DNA of 63,117 bases, filler included, from Dicyema japonicum (taxonomy: Eukaryota; Animalia; Dicyemida): the NCBI GenBank assembly GCA_011109175.1. It is 7 parts of 7 records of this genome, joined end to end, with 100 filler letters (N's around TTAATTAATTAA, not from the genome) between each part and the next. Parts side by side here need not be neighbours in the genome. Positions count along the whole stretch, not along the records: positions 1 to 19,629 come from RDEW01000040.1; positions 19,730 to 36,763 come from RDEW01000018.1; 5 more parts are not named here. One strand, given 5' to 3'. The number at the start of each line of letters is the position of its first letter. Position 1 is the stretch's first letter. A model generated the notes under the pieces. It saw only the letters and a list, made by a program, of their open reading frames with translations, had not been told where the DNA came from and searched no databases. A program made the position numbers and the translations under genes. Of the stretch, positions 12,001 to 24,185 are shown piece by piece.

Positions 12001-13458
12001 TAATCAGGGTTATCCTGACTACTTCTGGTTTTTCGGTGGCTGCCCTCTCTTCTTAAGAGCACCACTCTCTTCTCTGTGTGAAGCTTCTACTGTTTCTTTT
12101 TTAGAAGGTTTCTTATTATATGTCATATTCCAGCCAGTCTGCCCATACATTCTAAACTCTGACTTTAATTTCTTATAGTTCCAATTTTGGAACTTCACTT
12201 TTCTCCATTATGTGCATTTTCTTCTTTCTGTGTTGAAGCTTCTACTGTTTCTTTTTTAGAAGGTTTCTTATTATATGTCGTATTCCAGCCAGTCTGCCCA
12301 TACATTCTAAACTCTGACTTTAATTTCTTATTCGTTCCAATTTTGGAAACTTCACTTTCTCCATTATGGGCATTTTCTCGTTTTAGAGATAATTTTCTAT
12401 TCGATTCTTTCCTTTTTTGGTCAATTTTGTTTTTCTTCGCTATGTTTAGCTTCAACAGCCTTGGGGCATCCTCCATAATTAGCAAAGTGGCTGGATGAAC
12501 CACAATTCACACACGACTTATTATTGTTTGTAACAGGACACTGCGATCGATCTCTCTATGTGCCCAGACAAACAAGGCATCTTTCAACATTCTTGCAAAA
12601 ACGAGCAATATGACCAAACCGTTGACAACGAAAACATTGATCTCTGGTTTATTGAACCATTCAACTTTTATCTTCAGATATCCAATTATCAGTCCAAATC
12701 TTACAAGAGATTCAGCCTCATTTCTGTCCGAAATTGTAAGTTTGGCAACAGATAGTCTGATGCCCTGCTTTTCAAATCTTTCAACCGTAAATTTTTCTCC
12801 CAATATCGTTCCAAGGTATTCTTCCAACTCATTGGTTTCAATCCACGTCGGAAGACCTTTAAGCATTACTACTGAGGGTCTCGGCGTAGCTTTTTGTAAT
12901 GAATGTCCATTAACTCCAAAAGGTTTTCTTTCTTCTAGTTGATTCTGGAAACCTTCCAAATCACTTGTAGTTTTAAAGTTCAGGAGAAATTCTCCTGTGT
13001 GTCGGCGCGATATTCGAGCCACTTTGAGAGAATCCATACTACATAGAGTATTGAATATTCGGAGTGCACCCATATCGGAGTTTTTACTTGTAGGATAGCA
13101 GTAACACTGACTTCCTTCTCAGAGTTTTTAAAAATATCTTTATCTGGAAATATTCTCGTATTCCTCATAGCAACAACGAGAGTAGTAGAGCCCTTTATTA
13201 GATAAGATAACATGATTTATTCGCAAAACCCCAACTAACTAAACAAGGTAAGAGCCATTAACTAAAGAGGAAAGCCAAGATTTGGGGTCGTCTATATCGG
13301 GGCACTCTCATGAGACACCGTATGTCTCTTCTCCGTAAAAAGCCCCAATTACAATGCGAGTTTCCAGAAGCAATGTAATAAATCAGCGATTCTTCTCGTT
13401 TTTCTTTCGTATTCGTCATCAATTTCAGACGCTAAATCCAATCCATGTGCGAGTTTAA
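9019..13458 (-). mobile_element. Near full-length but mutated Jockey/I-like LINE (ORF1 gag-like, APE, RT) bounded by ~260-bp direct repeats
   Basis: ORF1 about 13170-12200 (VMLKGLPTWI...GLIIGYLKIKVE then frameshifted Cys/His knuckle); APE (INARSL, LVGDMNAKH, IGSDHLP); RT (WKKSIV..NPENYRPISL, QWGFR); repeats at 9030-9292 and 13200-13458. Confidence 0.85.
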
Positions 13459-13459
13459 T

Positions 13460-14050
13460 ATCGTGGAGTGATATTTGACTCTTTGATGACATTTCTCAAC
13501 ATGTGAAGAACGTTATGACAAAGGGTCTCAGGAAACTTAATATAATCAAACCGCTTCTTTGAAGTCCAAACCTTCACACGAATGCGCCTTCGTCGTGTTC
13601 AATCAACTCCTAAACCGACGATTGAGTACGCTTGTTGCCTCATGGGCCTATGGAGCTTCGATATCAAATTCACTCAAGATCAATACCCTAATTGGAAAAC
13701 TAGCACGTCAAACGAATCTACCCCCCGATCTTTTTCCTCCAATGCTTGACCACGCCGCAATCAAAAATAATGGCTCCGGCTTCATCTGTCTGTGTGGCCA
13801 AGAAACAAGTCGTTTTTTTCATTCAAGGCTAAAGGCTTCAAATACACGAAATTTGGGGGAAAACTCCACTCCTCTTCAAAACCTAATGAAAGATGATCGT
13901 CCGTCCTATTTCAGGAAAGCCGAGGGTACTCTGGAGGAACACAGAAAAAACCTCTCGATCCTGTTGAGGCGTACCGGGATCACTTTATTAGTTGGATTAC
14001 TCCTTCTTTCTTGGTGTTTCCCTTTTCGGGTTATTAAATAAAATAAAATA
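13460..14050 (+). mobile_element. 3' fragment of another Jockey-like LINE with (AAAT)n tail
   Basis: GVIFDSLMTFSQHV remnant; ends TTATTAAATAAAATAAAATAAATAA. Confidence 0.6.
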
Positions 14051-14529
14051 AATAACGGCGTATTAACGGCAATATCAATTTGACGGATCGTTCTAAACCT
14101 GAAATCGTAGTCAACCGGTCACAATAAATATATTATAAAAATCGAAATTATTCATTAAAACCCCTATCTTGACCCTAACTCAACCATTTCCTCACCCCTA
14201 ATTTAACCAATTATATAATAACCCTAACCATTTACTAATCCAAATCATAACCTAATCCTAACCATTTCCTAACCTACCTACCCTACCTTAACTGTAATTC
14301 TATCTATTAAGCTCTATCAACATAGGAGTTTAACCTCATTTTATAGTTTTAATTTTAACCTTACAGATCAAGGGTTACCTTATTTTTGAATTATGAAAAA
14401 AAGTAAACACTACATGATGACTAAATTACAAAACAGAAAGGCGTAAAAATTTAACTCGAGATTATTTTAATTTGTGATATCAACACATCTTTTTCGCATT
14501 CACAATTCTTCACTTTTATATACCCTTTT

Positions 14530-14870
14530 ACTTCCATGAAATAGATAAGAAGGGATTTTCTTAGTGGAAGAATGCAAGCTTTTATCATAATTATACACTA
14601 CTAAGTCCAAACATGAAATCCATTTTTTATTTTGTTGTATGAAATGTTTTTTTTTGTAACCAACGAGTCAACGTTTGGTTACAACGTTCTACTTGGCCCT
14701 GGGTTTGAGGATGCCTTGGACGACTAAACTTTTGTTTAGAATCTTCCAACAAGAAAAAATTGCCTTTCTTAATAAACCGAAATTTTTGCATTCGTGTAAA
14801 ATTATGGTTGATGATCTTGCATTGTAGATATGAAACAATATCATTGTACTCTTGGCGAGTCTTGATCATT
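14530..14870 (-). mobile_element. Retroviral-type integrase core fragment (Ginger/KRBA2-like)
   Basis: SRPRHPQTQGQVERCNQTL followed by W...L..VVYNY...H remnants. Confidence 0.7.
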
Positions 14871-14969
14871 CTTTAATATGCATTTTTCTAACACGGATAA
14901 TTCGATTTATGAATAAATAGTGAATTAATTGGACGAACGGCTCCCCAAGTTTAAATTGATAAGGATCTT

Positions 14970-17064
14970 TATTTAACAAACAATAAAAAAGTTAATATAT
15001 TTATTAATCAACAACCTTCCACGCCTGCCTGTTCGCCAGCCTCCTCTGGCAGGTTCGATTCTGGTTGCTGAAACAACTCCGAGAGCGCTTGTCAAATTGA
15101 ACCCTCTGCCCATATGGCATCTCAGGGATCTGCCTCCTATACTCCAGTGTCAAGCTCTCTAGGGTCCGCTTTAACACAGTGGACTGTAGATAGGCCTGGA
15201 GCTTCCTATCTACCCTCAACTGCTTCAGATATCCCTTGTGATACTTTGTTGCAATTCCTTCCCACGTAATTACTATAGGAATAACGAGGACCTTGCAACC
15301 AAGCATCTGCCCCATCTCGTTTGCAAGAAAGTCATACTTCCTTTTTTTCTCCACCTCCACAGTCAGCAAACGATCTTGAGACGTGATGGCAACCTCTATG
15401 ATAAGGACTTGGCCAGACTCCTTATCGTGTACCAAAATGTCCGGTTTATTGTGCGTGACTAACACCGAGGTACGGATAACACTGTCTACTTTAATTTAGA
15501 CCCTGGTGTTTTCTACTGCAAATTGCACCTTATGAGTCCGCAACTTTCTGGTGTGGCGAATACCATACTTATTGCATAGTAGAAGATGAAGACTCCTTAC
15601 TACTTCGTTATGCCTCCACACATAGTCGTGGCAGAGCATGGATCCACATCGAGTGGCTAAATGATCAACCGACATGCTCCTTGACTTACAGTGGGGACAT
15701 GTATTTGTTGATCGACCCCAAAAAATATTGCGGTCTTGCATATACGTGTACAACGCCTCCGATCGAGGTGAGTTGTCACCGTATTTTAGCCATATTGTCG
15801 ACGACTTAAGGTCGACATGTGGGTTGTCCAATGCTCTGAAGAGGACCTTATGAAGGCTTTTTAAGTTGATCTTTTCCATCAAATTATTATATTGTAATTC
15901 GATCAACGCCTTCACATTTACTAGCCCACCATCATCAACACCATACTTAGCAGACAAAAAAGGTCTGATAGTGCCTAGGTGGGTTGCCCGTGTTTTCTCG
16001 GTCGTTATTATGGCGTGCTTCCTAGCAGACACACTTGACCCAGCTATCAGGGTGTCGTGCATTCGCATTAGGATACGCTCACTTAGTTGGACTACTCCAC
16101 ACAGTCCACGGCCGAATTTATCACGGGGTAAATATAGTCTCTCCTTATTGGCTGCCAGCACATGGACATGGTTCTCTCTGAGTACTCCACGGATCATAAC
16201 ATCCATCTCATCATACTCTTTGGGCTCAAACTCCACAACACCTATGTAGTAGTTTAGCAGCGAGACAGCATACTCATTTAATGCTAGGAACAAATTCCTT
16301 GCATTTAGAGACGTCTTACACAATAACGCTGCTCTTTTACGGATGCCTTCAGTAATTTGTCGCTTTGTCTCAGGCATTATAAGGGACTTTGGAGATTCGG
16401 TAACACCCAGATACTTATATCCTTCGTGTTCCTCTAGGACTCTTACTAACTCGCTACATACTTGCGTGTTAGTCGCAGACTTTGAATAATTCAAATCTAG
16501 CCTATACTCTCAAAGAATTCCCTGGCACAGACCCCCATGGAGTAGAGCTCCTCGGCTGTTCGAGCATACATCTTCAAGTCATCGATAAAAAGAAGGTGAT
16601 TTGTACTGAAACAGACCCCTTCACAATGAACTGGTATTTGCTCAAACCGGTCATTGAGGCGGCGACTCAATGGCTCCAAACAGAGAACAAAGAGTAGCGG
16701 AGACATGCTATCCCCCTGAAGGATCCCCCTCTTGAGTTTTACCTCGCCTATCCGGTGCCTATTATAGTTCAGATGAATACTCCACCTATTCATCACAGCC
16801 ACTACAAAGCTGATGAACCACACAGGCATACACAGACTGTGTAGGCACTCGACAAGGTAAGAATGATCAACTGAATCGTAAGCCTTCTTCACATCCACCC
16901 ACATAGACAAAAGTGAGTTTCCGTGAGACACAGAAAGGCATTTGTTGATCAAAGCCTGCTCTTTTGCCCCCTGACAATTTCGCACAGTTCCCAACTGATT
17001 CTCGGAGAGAATCCCATTTGCGTCTACAAAGCTCCTGACCTCATTAGCCACCAATTTGGTCATC
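14970..17064 (-). mobile_element. R4/Dong-like RLE non-LTR retrotransposon (RT, CCHC finger, RLE), lightly disrupted
   Basis: DVKKAYDSV, GILQGDSMSPLLF, HLLFIDDLK, YKYLGV, CPHC..H...C, RHNEVV, KPDIL, LIIEV, KKRKY in consecutive ORFs. Confidence 0.88.
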
Positions 17065-17075
17065 NNNNNNNNNNN

Positions 17076-17630
17076 GGTCTCCTTGCTGAACCCCACACGA
17101 CGAGGGAATGAAGTATTTCCCATGTACAAGACTGGACGGTTTTCCATACGAACAATGAACATAATTATATATAGACGGGTAATGGGTAAGACAATCTTCC
17201 AAAATTACATCGCGCCGTATGGTATTGAAGGCGTTTTTTATGTCAATCTTGAGGACTACACAAGGCATGTTCGTTCTGTTTCCAGTAAACATCCGAACGG
17301 CATGAACCGCCGCCTCACATCCACCAGGAGTACCGACCCCTACTTGGGTTGGTCGCAGTTGTTTGACAAGCATCGGAAGGATTGCTCTGCTAGCAAGTTT
17401 AGAAGCCAGTCGACGAAAAACAAACCCAACAGCAATAGGACGAATTCCTCCTCCACATTTATCAAAGGCAATTAACTTGGCGGAAAACATAATATGACGG
17501 ATTGCTTCTGGTAATCTTCCGGAAAGCATTCTGTTGATTAACCTCGTTATAGCCGATAATAGCCGAACACCAGAGTTCCCCGTATTCTGATTAATTAAGT
17601 CTTTTAGGTGTCCTGGACAAAGTCCGTCAA
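17076..17630 (-). mobile_element. CRE-like RT fragment
   Basis: GGIRPIAVG, QVGVGTPGGCEAAVH, KIDIKNAFNTI, GVQQGD. Confidence 0.85.
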
Positions 17631-18150
17631 TTCCCCCACTGCTGCTTGGGGCGATCTTTTACAGAAAATCTTTTAAACTTGACAGTCATGAGAGCTATCA
17701 AAGACGTCAGGTTTACTTGCCTTTTGGGACTTGTCGGTCTTGACAGAGGTGATGGCAAGAGGCCGTATGGCGTAACAACCATGCCATGAAGCCAATGGAA
17801 ATGTCTTACTTGGGATTCAACGCGCATGGAAACTCTCTCTAATGATAATTTGCTTAAATCATCGTTGCACGCGGCTTCCGAAGCGAGCACAGCTGAAGAT
17901 TTGAAAAGGAAAAAGTACCACGACGTAGTGGACCGATTCGTTTTCAAGCCGATCTGCGTTGAGATGCCTTGCGTTATTGGCCCGAGCACGTATGAGTTAA
18001 CAGATTAATCGGACGGTTTGCAGAACTGCAAAAGGGAGAGCCTATAATGACGCTTGGCTCTTCCAGAGCATTGGGCTCCCGATTATGAAAGGCAACTCCA
18101 TTGTGTGCTCAATGACTGCAGGCAATAATGGAGATTTGTCATTACTTTAT
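17630..18150 (+). mobile_element. CRE-like RLE 3' fragment
   Basis: DGKRPYGVT, WDST, AEDLKRKKY, FKPICVE, IMKGNS. Confidence 0.75.
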
Positions 18151-18164
18151 TTAAATTAATCCCA

Positions 18165-18765
18165 CTTTATTTAACAAACAATAAAAAAGTTAATATATTT
18201 AATAATCAACAACCTTCCTCGCTTGCCTGTTCGCCAGCCTCCTCAGGCAGGTTCGATTCTGGTTGCTGAAACAACTCCGAGAGCGCTTTGTCCAATTGAA
18301 CCCTCTGCCCATATGGCATCTCAGGGCTCTGCCTCCTATACTCCAGTGTCAGGCTCTTTAGGGTCCTCTTTAACACAGTGGACTGTAGATAGGCCTGGAG
18401 CTTCCTATCTACCCCCAACTGCTTCAGATAACCCTTGTGGTACTTTGTTGCAATTCCTTCCCACGTCATTACAATAGGAATAACGAGGACCTTGCAACCA
18501 AGCATCTGCCCCATCTCGTTTGCAAGAAAGTCATACTTCTTTTTTTTCTCCATTTCCAAGTCTGCAAACGGTCTTGAGACATGATGCCAACCTCTATGAT
18601 AAGGACTTGGCCAGACTCCTTACCGTGTACCACAATGTCCGGTTTATTGTGCTTGACTAGCACCGAGGTGCGGATAACACTGTCTACCTTAATTTTTACC
18701 ATGGTGTTCTCTACTACAGATTGCACCTGGCGAAAACCATACTTATTGCATAGTAGAAGATGAAG
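18165..18765 (-). mobile_element. Second copy of the R4-like element 3' end
   Basis: Near-identical to 14970-15590, including the 3' UTR. Confidence 0.88.
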
Positions 18766-18769
18766 ATCT

Positions 18770-19580
18770 TACTTGCACAATCCTAGAAGCAAGATCCCAA
18801 GCATCGTCTAAACTCCTCTAATGGTCGAGGGAAGTCGGCATTGATCAAAGAAAGAAATCACCTCAAAAATCTAATTGGATCACATTAGAAACGAAACTCC
18901 GGATCAGAGCTCTAAACAACGAAATAAAGGCCAGAGAGTTCAAGGCCCAGAAATTGAAGTGGAATCGGATTCTTACAAAGGTAAGCAACCCTAGTACCGG
19001 AGAAGTGTGGAAAGCCATCCGAAATGTGGGAAAAGAAACTTCCCCCGAAGACGTTAACAATTTATAAAATTCTAAACAAAAGTTTCGTACAAAAAACACA
19101 TGAAGTCAGAAATGTTTCTCTCTCCATGGAGAAAACAGAAAAAGGATTCTAACCAGTTTACTTCTTGGATGAAGACGTTAAAAATGCGCTGCGTTTTACA
19201 AGAACAACGTACTCTGCCGGTCCCGACAACATTCCATTAGTGTTATTGAAGAACCTTGGAGATATTGGAGTCGGTGTATAACTATTCAATTAATTGTAAC
19301 GTAATACCTTTGTTATGGAAGCAAGCCAACATCCGACCTATACTGAAACCTGGAAAACCTAAGGAGAATCCGGCATCATTTAGACCTGTGTCATTGTTAT
19401 GTACCATATCGAAAATCCTGGAGAAGTTTGTGCTTGGGAGAATCAAAGGTTTTTTCCAGAAAAGGATTTTCAACACGGATTCAAGAGCGATTGTTCTACA
19501 TCAACGTACCTACAGAAATTAACCAACTTCATTAGAGATGGATTTTCAAACAAACCAAGGTATTTGAAAACAGTCTTATG
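18770..19580 (+). mobile_element. Jockey-like RT N-terminal fragment
   Basis: SAGPDNI, IPLLWKQANIRPILKPGK..PASFRPVSLL, QHGFK. Confidence 0.8.
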
Positions 19581-19629
19581 TTCCATTATCCCTTTATGCA
19601 TGTTCCATTACCGGCTTATCTCCTTATCC

Positions 19630-19729
19630 NNNNNNNNNNNNNNNNNNNNNNNNNNNNNNNNNNNNNNNNNNNNTTAATTAATTAANNNNNNNNNNNNNNN
19701 NNNNNNNNNNNNNNNNNNNNNNNNNNNNN
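19630..19729. other. Artificial scaffold linker N44-TTAATTAATTAA-N44 (also 36764-36863, 44756-44855, 47700-47799, 56330-56429, 58762-58861)
   Basis: Identical 100-bp structure six times; the palindromic 12-mer gives stops in all six frames. Confidence 0.97.
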
Positions 19730-19945
19730 TTTTTTGAAACATCTATGAAACAGTTTAGAGACCGTCTGCGTATAACGTTTCCCGAAGTTTTTAATGGAGT
19801 AAAAAGTACACTAAGGGATGGTGTAGACCTCAGCAGTCTACGGAGCCTGGCATCGAATAGGAGATGGTGGGATTGATTTGTATTCGGTTCATACTAACGC
19901 GGGACGAATGGAATTATAGCTAATATGATTCTATGTTTTTGTTTA
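19730..19945 (+). mobile_element. RTE-like LINE 3' end
   Basis: FRDRLRITFP...DLSSLRSLASNRRWW; 3' UTR GAATTATAG..ATATGATTCTATGT shared with 25516-25690. Confidence 0.7.
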
Positions 19946-20504
19946 TCTTCATTTGCTTTTTACTACCATAATTTTTCTTCCTGACCAAATCCACTGGTTA
20001 AGATTACCGTTATGAAAACTTTTCCGCATAAGGATGAAGCGTTCCGCGGCGGTAGTACGTGTGATGAAAATAGAAGAGGTCAGACCTACTTCTTTTCGGA
20101 AACCTGTAATGGATAATTAGGGATGGATTTAGTCGGCACAGGGAGACGTTATCCCTTGGGTTCCTCCATTGGATTATCTAGTTATGACTGTACTGGGTTC
20201 ACCAAATATTGTAAGCATGCAAAACAAACATTACTGTCCTAAATACAAGTTCTGTCCTCTACAAAACGAGTTAAGAAGCAACCAACAATATTTGAAAATC
20301 TGTATTTTAGGGTCAAAATGATAATTTTTAGGTCACCTCTATACTCATTTAATTATAACTTCTAATCACACAAACCCAAAGAATTAAGTATCCAGACGTG
20401 CAAGGGATTACTCATTCTTAAAAGGCGGTCCTTTAGGAGATTGGCTCATAAACGACTGAAAGCTTAACAAATAAAATCGAATATTAGCCAAAGTAAAGTA
20501 AACG

Positions 20505-21587
20505 TTAGTAAGTGTGGATCAATTTCCTATCATCAATAACATGATTCTGAGCATACTTCCAGTACATGAAATTAAACTCGGACAGGATCCCCCGTTCGCA
20601 CGTGCGGGCTAAATGCGGAAATTTGGCTCTGAAAAATTGAGTGGCCTCCTCCAAGTGATAGTGGGGAATAATTGGGAACAAGTGGTGGAGCTGATGAGTC
20701 CCAATATGGTGGATCACGTCATTACACCATCCGTAGTGTCGGTCAATAGAGGACAACTGCCCACGGACGTAATCCCACTCATTTTCACTGTACCACGGAA
20801 CCCCAACGTCGTGGTGGTGGAGGAATGTAATAATCACTATGTAACAACCAAACACAAAGACGGGGCAGTAGTAGTGGATCATCATATTTGAGAGTCCAAA
20901 CATTCGGCAACAACGAATAGTGAAGTAACCCCAACAAAAGAGACTGACCAGGGAAAGGACGACTTTGAAAAAGTGGCTAAGGTGTCTCTTGGTAAACGGA
21001 CTCAAATGAGTCTGTGCACGTGACTGGTACCCAAACATCAGATAGTAGAACCATCCAGTAAAGAGTCCAAAATAAGGAAGATTCACGCTGTTTGGGATCT
21101 TCTGTGATTCTCTGACGGGGTAAAAGACTTCGTCCTTGTCAATATTGCAGTTATTCTTGTGGTGGACTTTGTGAGAAAGCTTCCACGGATAGTAGGGACA
21201 CATCAAGAAGGTGTGCATAACCAATCCGACGAGATCATTGAGTGCTGTGTATTTCGAAAAGGATCCATGTCCACAGTCGTGACCAACCACAAAAAATGCC
21301 GTGAAATAGGTCCCCTGGACGTAAATGTATAAAGCGAGGAACGGATAATAAAACAGAGTCGACTGAATCTGTTTGCACACAAAATATGAACAACAAAACA
21401 AAAATAATGCGATTGAGATATCCTTGAAAGTGTAATACAATGAAGTAACTGCGGAAGATTCAAAACACCGTGCAGGAATGCTTTCCTTTATTGCCGTCAG
21501 AGAAGGGATGTATGAAGTCTCTGTGAGTCCAGCTTTTGAGTTTTTCAAGCCAAAAGTGCAATCGTTATCATTAGGACACACGGGCAT
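20505..21587 (-). CDS. Methyl-end (omega-3/omega-6 type) fatty acid desaturase, intronless, 360 aa
   Basis: Three His boxes HDCGH, HKVHH, HQLHH; IKESIPARCFE N-terminal motif; NIDKDEVFYP; TFLHH, PWY...W.YVRGQLSSIDR, HLFPIIPHYHL. Confidence 0.95.
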   Translation of the reverse strand: MPVCPNDNDCTFGLKNSKAGLTETSYIPSLTAIKESIPARCFESSAVTSLYYTFKDISIALFLFCCSYFVCKQIQSTLFYYPFLALYIYVQGTYFTAFFVVGHDCGHGSFSKYTALNDLVGLVMHTFLMCPYYPWKLSHKVHHKNNCNIDKDEVFYPVRESQKIPNSVNLPYFGLFTGWFYYLMFGYQSRAQTHLSPFTKRHLSHFFKVVLSLVSLFCWGYFTIRCCRMFGLSNMMIHYYCPVFVFGCYIVIITFLHHHDVGVPWYSENEWDYVRGQLSSIDRHYGWCNDVIHHIGTHQLHHLFPIIPHYHLEEATQFFRAKFPHLARTCERGILSEFNFMYWKYAQNHVIDDRKLIHTY

Positions 21588-24087
21588 TTGCTTTTAGCGT
21601 TGACGATGACTTAAATTAAAATTTTATTTTTAATTTATTTTTATGTAAATATTATTAAACTCATGTTTGTTAATTTTATAATTTAACTTAATTTTTTTGG
21701 ATTTCTGTATGTTTTTTGTAGTTAGTGAATCATAAACTCTCATTTTAATGAAATTGAGACAACTTAACAACCCATTAAGCTACATCGAATTTATTTTTTT
21801 TTGTCTCATTTTTATATCGGTCCGCATACATCTCATTTTGATTGATATATCTCAATTTGATCGATCTACATCTCATTTTGATAGATGAATCACTTTTAAT
21901 TAACAGTATTCTATTAATAATAAGCGTTAACAATAGTATCATATTATCTGTACTTCAAAATCAAGTATATTCTGAATTCCTAACACATGTTAATAGAATA
22001 ATACGCTGATCCATATTACTTATAGCTCCACTCAGGCATGATAAACTTTATTTAAGTAAAGACCAGTTATGATAACTAATCGTAAAGGAAGAAACCAGGA
22101 ATGCTTCACTTTTTTTTGTTGGTGTGAGTCCTTTATAGATCCCTGTTAAGCAGTGAAATGTCATCGATTACTGCTTCACTTGTCAAGGCAAATTATCGTA
22201 GATGCGTGGAAACTTCAACCGGAATGCACAACAGCGAGATTCAAACCGGGGCCTAAATGTCTTCTAGCCGTTTCTCGTTACACTGGGATTCATAAATGAA
22301 ACAGAAACTCAAAATTAGAACTTCACTAGATTTGTTTCTTGGTGTTTTTTTTTACAATTAGCCTTATTTTAGGATATTTAGAGTGTGATTTTTAGCTATT
22401 ATTATTTCATTAAAAATTAGATGACTTTATTGACTAATCTTATCAGTCAATGTTAATAAGTTAATTAATAACTTATCTCCATGGTAACCTGTCTCATTGA
22501 TAACAAGAGGTTTGTTAAACCTAATAAATCAGAATATATATAAAAAAGAGACAAATTAGGTTTTATCAATTCTAATACGATTAATGGCTACTTCGGAATT
22601 ATGTGGTTTATGGTTAAAAAAATCTATTTTCAATTGTTATTGAGCTCGGAAGAACAGTGTGTCGCTCATATATGGTAGAAATGACGACTAACTAAATTAA
22701 ATATGATTAACTCCATACACTTTTCTTTGTTTTTTCAAATGGACTGGACTAAGTTGGACTATGAAACATTGGGATCTTTATAGCTCCATTGCCATTGGAG
22801 AAACAAAAATAATATGTTTAGACCGTTTTGAAGTAGGAAACAGTAGAAATGACTTTGCAGTTATCAAATCTGATTTATCGTCGGATGATGATTAATGGTC
22901 AAATTAGTATCGTGTCTATGGTCAAATTAGTACCTTATGAATATTAACCCCCTAACATCTGTCATATCACTGGTGAAATTACAGCCTTTCAAATCTAAAG
23001 TCAATACCGATCGGGGATTTGAATTCGAAAAACGCCTGTTTTGGCTACAAAACAACTAACCGACGGACGACATCTTAAACACTTCTCAACATGGTTTGAA
23101 GTATTGAGAGTTGATGTAGTCAATCAATAAATCATTTTTACCAGAATCAGAGAAACCGAGCATTGATAAAACGTTTAAAACAAAACTGAACAAAAATGGA
23201 GTGTCGAGACTGACAAACTAGAAACTAAGGGCACTGAGAGTTATTAAAAATCAATTTTTCGAAATTAAATTCTAAGTGATTGGTTTGAGAAAAACAGATG
23301 GTGAAGTATTAAGTTGAAGGAGGTAATTCAATATTCAGGGACTAATTGCATAAAATTCAATCTATGAATTCCAGGAACATTCCAAAAGAAAAACTTAAAA
23401 AATTACAATATTCTCTTATGAACTACCTGTGGAGAATGAGAATGTCACTTTGATGGAAGTGGAGACGGAGATAAAAGAATACAAATCCAAGCCCTGATAC
23501 AACTATATAAAAATTACGTTTCCTCTTAGCCCAGTTGAAAATGGGCATTGTCTTCATTCAGGAATCAGAGCTCTCTAGAACATCCTCCACCCCTTGTTTT
23601 CCAGTCTATTTTGTACTTCGAAAGGATTTTTAAATCGGAAAGAGCATTTTGTAAATTGTTAAAAGTGAATGATGCATCCTCTTTAATTTTTTGTTTCAAA
23701 GAAAAGACATCAGATGTACTAAGTTTTTTCTCTCTTCTACAACTATGTCTAAGTTTAGTGTCACTACGGTTACACTAAAATAAACGTTACAGTACTTGAT
23801 CTCTTTTTTAACATATTAAGCCAATTAAAGACAAAAAATAACAGTTACTTGGTGCTCTCATAATCAAGGGCGCATTTCCCCTGACGATTTTCAAGGAAAT
23901 ACGCTCAATTAGCCAACTCCTTTCTCTTCTATCATTTTTCCTCTTCACGGTGGGCGATCCGGTTATTTTAACAGGTCAAAATGACCTTATTTACCACTGT
24001 AGCCGTCATGGCATGCGACATTTAATCTCATCCCCTACCATGTATAAGTCTAATATCAACCATAATCATGAAATCTAATCCCATCCC

Positions 24088-24185
24088 TAAACATGCCTAA
24101 GTCTAATCACAACCACAATCAATAAACATGCCCAAGTCTAATCACAACCACAATCAATAAACATGCCTAAGTCTAATCACAACCC
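24088..24185. repeat. 35-bp minisatellite, ~2.8 copies, with degenerate flanking units
   Basis: TAAACATGCC(T/C)AAGTCTAATCACAACCACAATCAA repeated. Confidence 0.9.

Noticed and set aside
14160-14300. True telomere
   Set aside because: Highly degenerate and internal to a scaffold
15466-16500. Stop-codon readthrough or alternative genetic code in the R4-like ORF
   Set aside because: The break near 16495 is a frameshift, the second copy lacks the 15496 stop, and host genes end in normal TAA
17044-17162. Chimeric CRE/R4 ORFs as a real fusion
   Set aside because: The junction falls in the N-gap at 17065-17075
19674-19685. Recurrent palindrome TTAATTAATTAA as a biological motif
   Set aside because: Always centred in 44+44 Ns; an assembly linker
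20070-20140. Hammerhead-like GTGATGA-hairpin-GAAAC
   Set aside because: Core is GUGAUGA rather than CUGANGA, and no stem III with a UH cleavage site or stem I could be formed
24088-24185. 35-bp repeats as a CRISPR array
   Set aside because: Directly tandem with no unique spacers; eukaryotic context, no cas genes
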